DNA of 64,000 nt from Candidatus Omnitrophota bacterium (GCA_903908245.1 CAIVRE010000017.1:133-64132); one strand, 5' to 3'; positions 37,860 through 48,707 are shown, counted from the first letter of the stretch. A program made the numbers and translations. Notes: a model not told the origin generated them from the sequence alone.

Positions 37860-38778
37860 AACGGTCCTTATTACCATGGGGGACCCCGCCGGGATCGGGG
37901 CAGAGGTGGCTGCCAAAGCTCTTCTTAAGACACGCTTCCCCAAAGGCATTGTTCCTGTTGTGATCGGGAACCGTGCTGTTTGGCAACAGGTATGGCCTGC
38001 GGGCCGACCGGAGCCATTGTTCATCCATATCGCGAATAAAGCGCGGGTACAGCACCGCCCTGGAATGCCAACCTCAGCATCCGGCATGGATTCTTTGCTT
38101 TATCTGGAAAAGGCAGTCGAACTCATAAAAGATGGACGAGCGCAAGCCCTCGTCACGGCACCTGTTTCAAAAGAGTCGATCAGCCGGTTCATCCCTGGTT
38201 TTAAAGGCCACACGACCTATCTTGCCGACGCGTTCGGGAAAAAGAATGTTGAAATGCTTTTTGTGGCCGACAAAATAAAGCTGGTGCTTGTGACCCGGCA
38301 TATTGCGCTTCGCGATGTCCCGGGGAAGATCACATCAAAGAAACTTTCGGATGTTGTTCGCGCAACACATCGTTTTCTCGTCGAACATTTTAAAGCCGGA
38401 AATCCAAGGATAGCCGTACTTGGCCTTAATCCTCATGCCGGAGAAGGCGGGCATATCGGCCGGGAAGAGATCCAGTCGGTCATTCCGGCCATAACAAAAT
38501 TACGTTCAGCCGGAATGGATATTTATGGGCCGTTCCCTGCCGATACTTTCTTTGAACCCCGCAATTGCCGGGGATATGACCTGATCGTCGCCATGTATCA
38601 TGACCAGGCTTTAACAGTCTTAAAATCGCAATATTTTGACCGCCTGGTCAATTTGACCATCGGGCTGCCTTTTATCCGCACATCTCCCGCCCATGGCACT
38701 GCCTTCGGCATTGCCGGAAAAGGGATCGCGGACGAAGGGTCCATGCTGGCCTCGTTAAAGTTAGCTGTTGGTTTATGA
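37840..38778 (+). CDS. pdxA: 4-hydroxythreonine-4-phosphate dehydrogenase PdxA
   Basis: The N-terminus is ITMGDPAGIG (GDP.GIG motif), followed by HTTYLAD and NPHAGEGG. The ORF-track start at 37747 overlaps surA and is rejected in favour of ATG 37840. Confidence 0.85.
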   Translation: MLKSNNRTVLITMGDPAGIGAEVAAKALLKTRFPKGIVPVVIGNRAVWQQVWPAGRPEPLFIHIANKARVQHRPGMPTSASGMDSLLYLEKAVELIKDGRAQALVTAPVSKESISRFIPGFKGHTTYLADAFGKKNVEMLFVADKIKLVLVTRHIALRDVPGKITSKKLSDVVRATHRFLVEHFKAGNPRIAVLGLNPHAGEGGHIGREEIQSVIPAITKLRSAGMDIYGPFPADTFFEPRNCRGYDLIVAMYHDQALTVLKSQYFDRLVNLTIGLPFIRTSPAHGTAFGIAGKGIADEGSMLASLKLAVGL

Positions 38779-39575
38779 CCCCATTCTTGCCTGCCAAAAG
38801 GCTCGGTCAAAATTTTCTGGTCGATGAGAACATCCTCAATCGTATTATTAACGCTTGCGATCTTCATGACTCCGATGATGTCCTGGAGATCGGCCCGGGG
38901 CACGGGGCCCTGACCAGGGCATTGTTACCGCGCGTCCGTAAGGTCATTGCCGTTGAAACAGACCCGAAGCTGTCGGATGAACTGCGCCAGGGACTGGTGC
39001 CGCTGGGCTTAAGGTTGCACTCGGCTGACATCCTTTCTTTTGACATTTCCAGTGTTATTAGCGGGCCTGTCAAGGTGATCGGCAACATCCCCTATAATAT
39101 CTCTACTCCGATCATGGAAAAAATGATCACAGACCGTCGATCGATCAGATCATTGTACCTGACGGTCCAGTATGAGTTCGGGAAACGTTTGACCGCCGCG
39201 ACAGGTTCAAAAGACCGTTCAGCCCTGACCTGTTTGCTGGATTTTTTTGCCATTCCCAAAATACAATTCCGTATCAGCAACCAGGCTTTTCGTCCCATCC
39301 CCAAGGTCGAATCCTGTTTTATGCGCATTGATTTCCGGACCTCTTTGTTATTCCCGCTTAAGAATGAAGCTTTTTTTATCAAAGTCGTCAAGACAGCATT
39401 CCTTCAACGCCGCAAGATCTTGTTGAACGCCCTTGCCCCTCTTGCTTCAAAGGAAGAAGTCCAGCGTGCTCTGGTCCAGGCCGGGATAAAAGAAAAAACA
39501 AGGCCGGAAGATGTCAAGTCCCAGGATTATGCTAGAATATCCAATATTCTTTTTAAGGGGCTGATCCATGCGTAA
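38775..39575 (+). CDS. rsmA: 16S rRNA (adenine1518-N6/adenine1519-N6)-dimethyltransferase
   Basis: 266 aa with LGQNFL and a SAM-binding site (LEIGPGHGALT). Confidence 0.9.
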   Translation: MTPFLPAKRLGQNFLVDENILNRIINACDLHDSDDVLEIGPGHGALTRALLPRVRKVIAVETDPKLSDELRQGLVPLGLRLHSADILSFDISSVISGPVKVIGNIPYNISTPIMEKMITDRRSIRSLYLTVQYEFGKRLTAATGSKDRSALTCLLDFFAIPKIQFRISNQAFRPIPKVESCFMRIDFRTSLLFPLKNEAFFIKVVKTAFLQRRKILLNALAPLASKEEVQRALVQAGIKEKTRPEDVKSQDYARISNILFKGLIHA

Positions 39576-39948
39576 ACAGATCTATTATCATGATACCGAC
39601 GCCGGCGGGATCGTTTATTACGCGAATTACCTCAAGTATCTCGAAGAGGCCCGTACGGAATTTCTTGAAAGCCGGGGGATCGGGATCGCCGCATTCCTGG
39701 CGCGCGGCCTTTTCTACGCGGTCCGTTCCTGTAATATCATTTACAAGGCGCCGGCCAGGTACGGCGATACGGTCATTGTTGATGCGCGGATCGCGCAACT
39801 GACCGGTGCGCAGATCGTTTTTGCCCAATCGGTCGTTGACCAGGCAACGGGGAAGCCCCTGGCCGAGGCATCTGTCGCGCTGGTCTGTTTGACCAGGGAT
39901 TTCAAGCCCCGGCCCATTCCAGCGGACATCAAAGAGAAGCTAAAATGA
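39568..39948 (+). CDS. acyl-CoA thioesterase, YbgC/4HBT family
   Basis: 126 aa. The hot-dog fold motif is YHDTDAGGIVYYANYLKY. Confidence 0.8.
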   Translation: MRKQIYYHDTDAGGIVYYANYLKYLEEARTEFLESRGIGIAAFLARGLFYAVRSCNIIYKAPARYGDTVIVDARIAQLTGAQIVFAQSVVDQATGKPLAEASVALVCLTRDFKPRPIPADIKEKLK

Positions 39949-41591
39949 AAATTTCAGTCAAGGTGGTTGTCATTGTCCTTGTTTTTATCGTGATCCTGAT
40001 CGTGGACGGATTGTTGAGCCATCAGCTCCTGTCTCGGATGGGGGGCGAATTAAGCGGGGTGGTCAATCGTGACGTGATCCTGATGCAATCGGCCTCGGCT
40101 ATTACCAGGGACCAGCTTCAGAAGGGCGTTGTTTTTGAACGGATCCGCCGTATCGCGGAAGAACTGGCTTACCAGCAGGTCACTCCCGCCAGGAAAGAAC
40201 ACCTCCTTTTTCATCTGAAGCTTGCCAGGACGAATCTTGACGAACTCGCTAAAGAAGGTGCGCTCAGTATCGTGAATGCCAAATTGCTGGTTACCGAGAA
40301 CCTGAAAGCCTCGCCGTCCTACCAGAAAACACAGGAACTTACCAAAGTCGCCGCAGTCCTTAAGGAGATCGAGAAGGCGCATATTCATTACGATGCCCTT
40401 ATCAACGACACCTTCCGTATGTTCAACGACGGAAAGTATGAGCTTTCCACGGAAGACCTGGCCCAGATCCACCGTGATGAACGGAAACTGGCGACGGAAT
40501 TGCAAAACCTGATCGATGCTGTCGATCATTTCACGAAAATATCCTTATCCAATGCCAGAAAATATGAACGGACCGCGGAAGTCATTCTCTGGGCCGCCAT
40601 CCTTTTAAGCCTTCTGGCGGGATTGGCGATGGCTTTATGGATCATCCGTGCGATCAATGTCCCTTTAAAAACACTGGTGGACGCGGCGCACAAGATCGGG
40701 TCGGGAAAACAGGACATTACGCTGGACCTTGATTCGCGTGATGAGATCGGGGAAGTCAGCCGTGCGTTTGACCTGATGACCCGCCAGTTGAATGAATCCA
40801 AGATCAGGCTCGAAGAACAGCGCAAGGAACTGGAGCGAAACCTCGAGCTGACGGAACTTCAGAAAAAAGACATGGAAAAGGTCAATCGGGAGCTGGACCG
40901 TTTTGTGCAAACAGTAAGCCACGATATCCGTTCGCCCTTGATGGGGGTTGTCTGGTATGCGGATTTTCTCAAAACGCATTATGGCGAACAGCTTGATACG
41001 AAGGGGCAGGAAAGCCTGGAGGGGGTTTGCCGCAGCGTTGAACGGGCGAATGTGCTGATCAAGGACCTCCTGGAACTGACCCGGTTATCCAGGGTCCGCA
41101 ATCCCTACGCCTATGTTGATCCGCTTGTTCTTTTGGATGAGGTCATCGCCAACCTGGAATACAAGATCAAACAAAACAAGGTGGATATCCATTTACAGCC
41201 GAACATGCCAATGGTCATTTGCGACGGCATTAAGGTCAAGGAAGTATTCCTCAACCTGATAACAAATGCCATTAAATTCTCTTCCGGATCCGGAAAGAAT
41301 CCACGGATCGATGTCTCTTATATCGACGGAGTTGATGCACACGAGTTCATCGTCAAAGACAACGGTATCGGGATCGAGCCACAGCATTACGATGAGATCT
41401 TTGCTATCTTCAAGCGGCTGGATGTCTCCGGAAAATACGAAGGGACAGGCGCGGGGCTCAGCATCGTCAAGAATGTTATTGATGACCATGGCGGCAAGGT
41501 CTGGGTGCAATCGGAAATAGGCAAAGGGTCTGAATTCCATTTTACTATCCCGAAAGCACTCGAGATCCATCAACGCCCCGTATCTTTATAA
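39945..41591 (+). CDS. sensor histidine kinase with HAMP domain (orphan)
   Basis: 548 aa with two TM segments flanking a periplasmic sensor domain of about 180 aa. It has a HAMP domain, the H-box VSHDIRSPL and a HATPase_c domain (DNGIGI, GTGAGLSIV). No response regulator gene is adjacent. Confidence 0.85.
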   Translation: MKISVKVVVIVLVFIVILIVDGLLSHQLLSRMGGELSGVVNRDVILMQSASAITRDQLQKGVVFERIRRIAEELAYQQVTPARKEHLLFHLKLARTNLDELAKEGALSIVNAKLLVTENLKASPSYQKTQELTKVAAVLKEIEKAHIHYDALINDTFRMFNDGKYELSTEDLAQIHRDERKLATELQNLIDAVDHFTKISLSNARKYERTAEVILWAAILLSLLAGLAMALWIIRAINVPLKTLVDAAHKIGSGKQDITLDLDSRDEIGEVSRAFDLMTRQLNESKIRLEEQRKELERNLELTELQKKDMEKVNRELDRFVQTVSHDIRSPLMGVVWYADFLKTHYGEQLDTKGQESLEGVCRSVERANVLIKDLLELTRLSRVRNPYAYVDPLVLLDEVIANLEYKIKQNKVDIHLQPNMPMVICDGIKVKEVFLNLITNAIKFSSGSGKNPRIDVSYIDGVDAHEFIVKDNGIGIEPQHYDEIFAIFKRLDVSGKYEGTGAGLSIVKNVIDDHGGKVWVQSEIGKGSEFHFTIPKALEIHQRPVSL

Positions 41592-41611
41592 TGAAATTCG
41601 GGGAATTCGGC

Positions 41612-41640
41612 TTGTCAGCCGCTGTTACGGGTGTTAATAT
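41612..41640 (+). promoter_or_regulatory. putative sigma70 promoter of gatCAB: TTGTCA-N17-TAATAT
   Basis: Hexamers with correct spacing lie 27 nt upstream of the gatC ATG. Confidence 0.35.
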
Positions 41641-41666
41641 CTCTGTTCCGATTAGGATAAGAAATT

Positions 41667-41951
41667 ATGATCACAAATGATACGGTCAAATATATTGCTT
41701 CACTGTCGCGCCTGCACATCGATGACGCCGACCTTTCCCGTTTCGGGGGAGAACTACAGAATATCTTGCAATATGTGGATAAGCTGAGCGAACTGGATGT
41801 TTCCAATGTCCCTCCGACAAGCCATGTCTTCAGGGTTGAAAATGTCTTTCGTGAAGATACGATCTTGCCGTCACTATCTCCGGTGGAAGCCTTCTCATTC
41901 GCGATCGAAAGCCATGACGGTCATTATAAAGTCCCCAAGGTCATTGAATAA
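41667..41951 (+). CDS. gatC: Asp-tRNA(Asn)/Glu-tRNA(Gln) amidotransferase subunit C
   Basis: 94 aa with I..LA.L..L....EEL.....L..IL.YV..L. Confidence 0.85.
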   Translation: MITNDTVKYIASLSRLHIDDADLSRFGGELQNILQYVDKLSELDVSNVPPTSHVFRVENVFREDTILPSLSPVEAFSFAIESHDGHYKVPKVIE

Positions 41952-41952
41952 T

Positions 41953-43380
41953 ATGGATCTTTTCGCGCTTACAGCCCATGAGATCCTGGAATTACTGGCA
42001 AACGGCAAGGTTCTGCCGGATGAGGTGGAAACGTCTGTCCGCGGCCGCATCAATGCAGTTAATCCCAGGACCAATGCGTTCATCCGCACGTATCAGGAAA
42101 ACAAGACACCTGCCAATGCAATGCCGATCCCTATTGGCATCAAGGATAATATCTGTGTTAAAGGCCGCCCGGTGACCTGCGCTTCGGCGATCCTGAAAGA
42201 TTTTTGTCCACCGTATGATGCGGCCGTCATCGAAAAGATCAAGGCCTCCGGAGGAGTTATCCTAGGAAGCCTGAATATGGATGAATTCGCCTTTGGCTCA
42301 TCCACTGAATCCTCATCCAAAGGGATCGTCCATAATCCGTGGGACCTGGAACGGGTGCCGGGAGGATCTTCAGGCGGTTCGGCCGCGGCGGTAGCAGCGG
42401 GCGAGGCGATCTGGGCTTTGGGAAGCGACACCGGTGGTTCTATCCGCCAGCCCGCGAGTTTTTGCGGCGTTGTCGGATTAAAACCCACCTATGGTCGTGT
42501 TTCGCGTTACGGGCTTGTCGCTTTCGGATCGAGCCTGGATCAGATCGGCCCGATCACCCGGGATGTTACCGATTGTGCCAGGCTCTTAAGCATTATTTCC
42601 GGTTTCGACCGGAGGGATTCAACCTCCGTAGACCTGCCGGTTCCGGATTACGCCCTTGGACTACGCCGGGATGTCAGGGGGCTTCGGATCGGTATTCCGA
42701 AAGAATATTTTATCGGCGGGATCGAACCCGCGGTTGAAAAAGCGGTACGCGCCGCAGTGGAATTCTTCAGGAAAGAAGGCGCTGTTATAAAAGATATTTC
42801 ACTGCCGCATACCGAATATGCCGTCGCCACATATTATATCGTGGCTACCGCCGAGGCAAGCTCCAACCTTGCGCGATTTGACGGAGTGGAATACGGGCTG
42901 CGGGTTTTGCCCGATAAGCCGCGCAAGACCGGGATCGTTGATATGTATGAAGAGACACGCGCCAGAGGATTTGGTGATGAAGCCAAGCGCCGGATCATGC
43001 TGGGCACCTATGTCCTTTCCGCCGGTTATTACGATGCATATTATTTGCGCGCACTTAAAGCGCGGACATTGATCAAGAATGACCTTGATAAAGCTTTCAC
43101 GGATTGCGATATTATTCTTTCCCCTACGGCCCCTACAACGGCATTCAAGATAGGCGAAAAGACCAGCGATCCGCTTTCAATGTATCTTTCGGATATTTTT
43201 ACGATCCCCGCGAACCTCGCCGGTATTCCGGCCATATCGCTCCCTTGCGGGTTCGATGCGGGCGGGCTGCCGATCGGCATGCAATTGATGGGGGCGCCGT
43301 TCGCGGAAGAAAAATTATTGTCAACGGCTTACGCGTATGAACAGGCCAATGGCTGGCATTCGCGCAAGGCTCAGCTATAG
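41953..43380 (+). CDS. gatA: Asp-tRNA(Asn)/Glu-tRNA(Gln) amidotransferase subunit A
   Basis: 476 aa with the amidase signature [12 protein letters not shown]. Start ATG at 41953; the ORF-track extension to 41797 is rejected. Confidence 0.9.
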   Translation: MDLFALTAHEILELLANGKVLPDEVETSVRGRINAVNPRTNAFIRTYQENKTPANAMPIPIGIKDNICVKGRPVTCASAILKDFCPPYDAAVIEKIKASGGVILGSLNMDEFAFGSSTESSSKGIVHNPWDLERVPGGSSGGSAAAVAAGEAIWALGSDTGGSIRQPASFCGVVGLKPTYGRVSRYGLVAFGSSLDQIGPITRDVTDCARLLSIISGFDRRDSTSVDLPVPDYALGLRRDVRGLRIGIPKEYFIGGIEPAVEKAVRAAVEFFRKEGAVIKDISLPHTEYAVATYYIVATAEASSNLARFDGVEYGLRVLPDKPRKTGIVDMYEETRARGFGDEAKRRIMLGTYVLSAGYYDAYYLRALKARTLIKNDLDKAFTDCDIILSPTAPTTAFKIGEKTSDPLSMYLSDIFTIPANLAGIPAISLPCGFDAGGLPIGMQLMGAPFAEEKLLSTAYAYEQANGWHSRKAQL

Positions 43381-43400
43381 CCTCAGAGGAAACAGGAAGT

Positions 43401-44834
43401 ATGGATTTTGAGACGGTTATCGGGTTAGAAGTACATCTTCAATTAAATACGGCCACCAAAATATTCTGCGGATGCCGCAACGATTTTGGCCTTGAGGCGA
43501 ATACGTGCGTTTGCCCGGTCTGCCTTGGCCTTCCGGGCTCATTACCGGTCCTTAACCGGCAGGTCCTTTTTTCAGGGATGAAAGTGGGCCTGGCGCTGAA
43601 CTGCGCGATCAATACTTTTGTCAAATTTGACCGTAAGAATTATTACTACCCTGACCTTCCCAAAGGTTATCAGATATCCCAATTTGACTTTCCTATCGCG
43701 AAGAACGGCTTTCTGCCTGTTATCACGGGCGGGCAGGAGCGACGCATCGGGATCACACGCGCGCACCTGGAAGAAGATGCAGGGAAACTCATTCATGACG
43801 ACAGGACCAACGCGACTCTCGTGGACTATAATCGCACCGGCACCCCTCTTGTGGAGATCGTTTCCGAACCAGATATGCGTTCTGCCCAGGAAGCGTATGA
43901 TTATCTGACAGCGCTCAAATTAACCCTTCAATATTTGAATGTATCCGATTGCGACATGGAAAAAGGGTCTTTGCGCTGCGATGCCAATGTATCCATTCGT
44001 CCCAGGGGAGAAAGCAAGCTTGGGACCAAGACCGAACTGAAGAACATGAATTCTTTCAGCGCCATCAGGCGCGCCATAGACCATGAAGTCGCTTCCCAGG
44101 CCCGGACAATACTCTCCGGCAAACCGGTTGTTCAACAGACACTCCTGTGGAATGAAGAAAAAGGGATGACCATTCCCATGCGCAGCAAGGAACAGGCCCA
44201 TGACTACCGTTATTTCCCGGAACCCGACCTTGTCCCTTTTACATTAACAGAAGAACAGATCGATGCCGTACGCAGGGCTCTCCCGGAACTGCCGTACGCC
44301 CGGCTGCGGCGGCTGATCGGGCAATATGGTATTTCAGAATATGACGGGACCATTCTCGTCGGGGACAAACTGGCGGCGGATTTCTTTGAGACAGCGGCCG
44401 CGATGAAGGTCGATATCAAGAAACTGTGCAACTGGATGAACGGGCCGTTAATGAAGGAACTCAACGATCGCCGCTGCCGCATCCCGGGCCTGAAATTAAC
44501 ACCGCAGGATCTCGTCGCGCTGATCAACCGGGTTGAAGACGGGACGATCAGCAATCTGGCGGCAAAGGATGTCCTATCTGACATTGTTGAAACGGGAAAA
44601 GATCCGAACATTGTGATCCGGGAAAAAGGGCTGGCCCAGGTATCCGATGATGCCCAGCTTGAAACGATCGTGGATGAGGTCATCCGGGAAAATCCGCAGG
44701 TCGTTGAACAGATACGGTCCGGCAAAGCCAGTGCCGCCGGTTTTCTAGTCGGCCTGGCGATGAAGAAAATGCATGGGAAAGCAAATCCGAAAATATTAAA
44801 TACGGCCATTCAAAGGAGAATAGCAAATGTTTAA
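43401..44834 (+). CDS. gatB: Asp-tRNA(Asn)/Glu-tRNA(Gln) amidotransferase subunit B
   Basis: 477 aa beginning MDFETVIGLEVHLQL and carrying a C-terminal GatB/YqeY domain. Confidence 0.9.
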   Translation: MDFETVIGLEVHLQLNTATKIFCGCRNDFGLEANTCVCPVCLGLPGSLPVLNRQVLFSGMKVGLALNCAINTFVKFDRKNYYYPDLPKGYQISQFDFPIAKNGFLPVITGGQERRIGITRAHLEEDAGKLIHDDRTNATLVDYNRTGTPLVEIVSEPDMRSAQEAYDYLTALKLTLQYLNVSDCDMEKGSLRCDANVSIRPRGESKLGTKTELKNMNSFSAIRRAIDHEVASQARTILSGKPVVQQTLLWNEEKGMTIPMRSKEQAHDYRYFPEPDLVPFTLTEEQIDAVRRALPELPYARLRRLIGQYGISEYDGTILVGDKLAADFFETAAAMKVDIKKLCNWMNGPLMKELNDRRCRIPGLKLTPQDLVALINRVEDGTISNLAAKDVLSDIVETGKDPNIVIREKGLAQVSDDAQLETIVDEVIRENPQVVEQIRSGKASAAGFLVGLAMKKMHGKANPKILNTAIQRRIANV

Positions 44835-46251
44835 AAAATTCATGGTGATCGTTCTGTTGCTATCGGGAGTCGTAAGTTTTGCGACGTTTGCCCGTTCCCA
44901 GGCCGAGAAAACAACAGCGCCGTCCAGGGAACAGGCTGTGACAGGGTCGCCGTCTGACGCGGTTAACGCGCAGGAAGAAACCAAGAAAGAAGATACCGGC
45001 CCGCAAGACCTGTATTCTCAAGTCGAACTATTCAGCTATGTACTGACAACAGTCCAGTCTGAATATGTAGTGGAAAAGAAGCCGAAAGAGCTGATCTATG
45101 GTGCTTTGTCGGGGATGGTCGGAGCGCTGGATCCCCACAGTCAATTCCTGCCGCCGGATGATTATAAAGACCTGAAAACCGAGACGGAAGGGAAATTCGG
45201 CGGACTTGGCATCGAGATCACGACCCGTGACGGCATGCTGACCATTGTTACGCCTATTGAAGATACCCCGGCATGGCGGGCGGGTTTGAAAGCCGGCGAC
45301 CGTATCGTCAAGATCGAGAAAAAGATCACCCGGGACATGTCTTTAAGTGAAGCCGTCAAACAGTTAAGAGGGACCCCCGGAACAAAAGTGCATATAACGA
45401 TCCTGCGTGAATCGGAATTCAAGGTCCATGAATATGATATCGTCCGTGAAGTGATCCATGTGCAGGATGTCAAGGAGCCTGCGATCCTGGAGGATAATAT
45501 CGCTTACGTGCGGCTTGTTGAATTCCGTGAAGATTCTTACGAACAGATCTACGCAGCGATCAAGAAACTCAAGGATCAGGGAGCGACCAGCCTTATTTTT
45601 GATGTGCGCAATAATCCCGGCGGCCTCCTGAATGTGGCGATCAAGATCAGTGAAATGTTCCTGCAACAGGGAAAAACGATCGTTTCAACCAAAGGACGGC
45701 ATTCTTCCCAGGACAGCATCAGCATATCGCATAACACGAAGAACGAATTCGCCGAATGGCCGATCGTGGTATTGATCAATGAAGGCAGCGCATCGGGCAG
45801 CGAAATCCTTGCCGGAGCAATGAAAGACAACAAGCGCGCGGTCATCCTGGGCACCAAGTCTTTTGGCAAAGGCTCCGTGCAATCTGTCATCCCGCTGCCG
45901 GATGGTTCCGGACTGCGGCTGACCACCAGCAAGTATTTCACACCGTCGGGCATTTGCATCCATGATATCGGGATTACGCCGGATATCGTTGTGGACAGGA
46001 TCTATCCGAAAGGGGCCGACGCTGAAGATGAGGGGGAAGGCAAAGAAGCGAAGAACGGGAAAGACCTTAAGAAAACATCCAAAGACATTTTCGACAAACT
46101 TGAAGACGAGAAGATCCAGGATCCGAATGAAAGAGAAAAGCTCAAGAAGGAAGCGGAATTCAAAAAGCGGATGGCAGAAGACAATCAGGTGCAGAGTGCT
46201 ATCAGCGTGATCAAAGGTATCCGTGTATATAAGAAACTGGTAACGGAGTAA
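44827..46251 (+). CDS. ctpA: carboxyl-terminal processing protease (S41 family, PDZ domain)
   Basis: 474 aa with a signal peptide, a PDZ domain (GDRIVKIE) and an S41 domain (GSASGSEILAGAMKD...GTKSFGKGSVQ). Confidence 0.85.
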   Translation: MFKKFMVIVLLLSGVVSFATFARSQAEKTTAPSREQAVTGSPSDAVNAQEETKKEDTGPQDLYSQVELFSYVLTTVQSEYVVEKKPKELIYGALSGMVGALDPHSQFLPPDDYKDLKTETEGKFGGLGIEITTRDGMLTIVTPIEDTPAWRAGLKAGDRIVKIEKKITRDMSLSEAVKQLRGTPGTKVHITILRESEFKVHEYDIVREVIHVQDVKEPAILEDNIAYVRLVEFREDSYEQIYAAIKKLKDQGATSLIFDVRNNPGGLLNVAIKISEMFLQQGKTIVSTKGRHSSQDSISISHNTKNEFAEWPIVVLINEGSASGSEILAGAMKDNKRAVILGTKSFGKGSVQSVIPLPDGSGLRLTTSKYFTPSGICIHDIGITPDIVVDRIYPKGADAEDEGEGKEAKNGKDLKKTSKDIFDKLEDEKIQDPNEREKLKKEAEFKKRMAEDNQVQSAISVIKGIRVYKKLVTE

Positions 46252-46257
46252 AAGCCG

Positions 46258-47154
46258 ATGTTCTTGCACACAAATAACAAGGGGTTTTTCCGTTGGGCGA
46301 TCGTTATCGGGATCGTCATTGCTCTGCTCTGCGCCATTGGGTATGTTCTTTTTAAAAAAGCCTCCCCCGAACACAGGCCAAAAGTGGCCCAGCCCCTCGT
46401 TAAACCGCCCAAAAAGCCGGTGCCTCCTGTGCCTCTAAAGCCCCCCGTCGTTAAAAGACAGCCCGGAACGGTTGGACGGATCACGATCGTTATCGATGAC
46501 TGGGGCTATAACAACAGCCATTGCCGGTATTTGGCCTCGATACCCGCCTCGGTCGGCGTGGCGATCCTTCCGGCATTGCCGTATTCCAGGGATATCATTC
46601 GATGTGCCGAACAGAACGGGAAAGAGCCCATGTTGCATTTACCGCTTGAACCATTCAACCTCAAAGAAATATATCAAAAAGGATATGTTTTAACAACTCA
46701 AATGGGCGCGTCCGAGTTAAGAAAGACCATGCTCAAGATATTGGATGAAATGAATGGTGTTGTGGGCATCAATAATCACACCGGATCCAAAGGCAGTGAG
46801 AGTGAACTTCTTATGACGACGGTCCTGACCGAAACAAGAAAGCGCGGCCTTTTCTTTGTGGACAGTGTGACGTCCGACAGGACGGTCGGCGGGAAAGTGG
46901 CCGCGAAGCTTAAGATGCATATTGCCAAGCGGGATGTATTCCTGGATAACCGCAATGACCGTTCCGCGATCGAGCGGCAATTCGCCGAGACCGCCCAGAT
47001 CGCCAGGACGAACGGCTACGCTCTGGCCATCGGGCATGATCGCGCCCTGACCCTGCAGATCATTATTGAACAAATGAAGAAACTTTCGGACCAAGGCTAC
47101 GAATTTATAAGCCCTTCAGAATATATCAAGAAAAATGAATATCCTCGGTATTGA
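46258..47154 (+). CDS. divergent polysaccharide deacetylase family protein (YibQ-like)
   Basis: 298 aa with an N-terminal TM helix and a Pro/Lys-rich linker. The conserved core is ITIVIDDWGYN...GHDRA. Confidence 0.7.
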   Translation: MFLHTNNKGFFRWAIVIGIVIALLCAIGYVLFKKASPEHRPKVAQPLVKPPKKPVPPVPLKPPVVKRQPGTVGRITIVIDDWGYNNSHCRYLASIPASVGVAILPALPYSRDIIRCAEQNGKEPMLHLPLEPFNLKEIYQKGYVLTTQMGASELRKTMLKILDEMNGVVGINNHTGSKGSESELLMTTVLTETRKRGLFFVDSVTSDRTVGGKVAAKLKMHIAKRDVFLDNRNDRSAIERQFAETAQIARTNGYALAIGHDRALTLQIIIEQMKKLSDQGYEFISPSEYIKKNEYPRY

Positions 47155-48100
47155 AACATCCTGTGACGAAACATCGGCCAGTATTGTACGCAATGGCAGG
47201 GTCGTCCTGTCCAATATTGTCGCCACAAGCCTCAAGGACCACCAGAAATATGGCGGGATCATCCCCGAGATCGCGTCCCGCCGCCAGCTGGAATTCATTA
47301 ATATCGTTACAACCAGGGCTTTAACTGCCGCCGGACTCTCTTTGAAGCAACTTGATGCGGTCGCAGTCACCGAATCGCCCGGGCTTATCGGGTCTTTGGT
47401 CGTAGGCCGTTCTTTCGCGCATTCTTTGAGTTTTGCTTTAGGGATACCTCTGGTCAAGGTCAACCACATTGAAGCCCATGTTTATGCGGGTTACCTGTCC
47501 GATAAGGGCGATGAACGGTCCGATCCTTCCCGCGAATTCCCTTTGCCGGCGGTTGGCCTGGTCGTTTCGGGTGGACATTCGTCCCTTTTCTATATCAAAG
47601 ATTTTACTTCTTTCCGCATTTTTGGCCAAACCAGGGATGATGCCGCGGGAGAGGCGTACGATAAAGTGGCGCGCATCCTTGGCCTGGGATATCCCGGAGG
47701 GCCAGTGATCGACAAGCTTGCCCGGTCTGTTAAGGAGAATGATATTAAATTCCCCTGCTCCCCGATGGCGGGCACAAATGATTTCAGTTTCAGCGGGATC
47801 AAGACATCCGTACTTTACTATACTCAGCGCAATACCAAAACCGGCTTTTCGGTGGAAAAAGTGGCGAATGCTTTTCAGGAAAGCGTTGTCAATATCATCG
47901 TCAAGAAAAGCATCGAAGCTTGCCATAAGAAAAAGACGGGGTCATTGCTGGTAGGCGGTGGGGTAGCCGCCAATTCCTCTTTGCGTGAACGTTTGCTGGA
48001 ACAGGCCGCTGCGGAAGGAATAAAAGTTCGCTTCCCATCGTTACCTCTATGCATGGACAACGCAGCCATGGTCGCAGGCCTGGCATACCATTTAATCTAA
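47135..48100 (+). CDS. tsaD: tRNA N6-adenosine threonylcarbamoyltransferase TsaD
   Basis: 321 aa beginning MNILGIETSCDETSASIV, with an HxxxH metal-binding site (HIEAH). Confidence 0.9.
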   Translation: MNILGIETSCDETSASIVRNGRVVLSNIVATSLKDHQKYGGIIPEIASRRQLEFINIVTTRALTAAGLSLKQLDAVAVTESPGLIGSLVVGRSFAHSLSFALGIPLVKVNHIEAHVYAGYLSDKGDERSDPSREFPLPAVGLVVSGGHSSLFYIKDFTSFRIFGQTRDDAAGEAYDKVARILGLGYPGGPVIDKLARSVKENDIKFPCSPMAGTNDFSFSGIKTSVLYYTQRNTKTGFSVEKVANAFQESVVNIIVKKSIEACHKKKTGSLLVGGGVAANSSLRERLLEQAAAEGIKVRFPSLPLCMDNAAMVAGLAYHLI

Positions 48101-48127
48101 AAAAACCGCGATTCTTTCCGGTTTTGT
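48101..48127 (+). terminator. possible weak rho-independent terminator after tsaD
   Basis: The hairpin AAAAAACCG-loop-CGGTTTTGTT has a short GC-poor stem and a U-rich tail. Confidence 0.3.
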
Positions 48128-48176
48128 TATAAAATGATAACAAATGTGAAACGATAAGACCCCAAGGAGATCGTCC

Positions 48177-48707
48177 ATGGCTTTTGGTGACAAGAAACCT
48201 CAACGCGCAGAGCCCTCATCCAAAACGATCGAGATCAATGCGGAAATGCACGGGTCTTTATCTTTTAAAGAACAGGTTGACCTGAAGATCAATGGCCATT
48301 TTACCGGCAGCCTTGATGTTCGCGGAACATTGACCGTCGGCGAACGGGCAGAGGTGGAGGCGGATATTCTCGGAGACAATGTGGTCATCGCGGGGAAGGT
48401 CAAAGGCAACGTCGGCGCTGCCAAAATGCTCACGCTTTTGCCGACGGCTGTCCTGATCGGGAATATCAACGCGCCAAAATTAAATATTGTCGAAGGTGCG
48501 ATCTTCCAGGGGAACTGCCAGATGTCCCCGGCGGAAACAAATGAATGGATGAATATCAAGGAGCTTACGGCCTATCTTGAGCTCGATGAAGGGACAATCA
48601 TAGAACTTGTGCGTTCAGGCAAGATCCCGGTAGTCCGCGATGGCGATGTCCTTAAATTCGAACGTTCACAGATCGACAGTTGGGCCTCGGCGGGGATGGT
48701 GAGATGA
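48177..48707 (+). CDS. bactofilin domain protein fused to C-terminal helix-turn-helix (excisionase/MerR-type HTH_17-like) domain
   Basis: 176 aa. Residues ~30-120 form a bactofilin beta-helix with repeated G.V.G.V motifs (LDVRGTLTVGERAEVEADILGDNVVIAGKVKGNVGAAKMLTLLPTAVLIGNINAPKLNIVEGAIFQGN). Residues ~125-170 are IKELTAYLELDEGTIIELVRSGKIPVVRDGDVLKFERSQID. Confidence 0.7.
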   Translation: MAFGDKKPQRAEPSSKTIEINAEMHGSLSFKEQVDLKINGHFTGSLDVRGTLTVGERAEVEADILGDNVVIAGKVKGNVGAAKMLTLLPTAVLIGNINAPKLNIVEGAIFQGNCQMSPAETNEWMNIKELTAYLELDEGTIIELVRSGKIPVVRDGDVLKFERSQIDSWASAGMVR

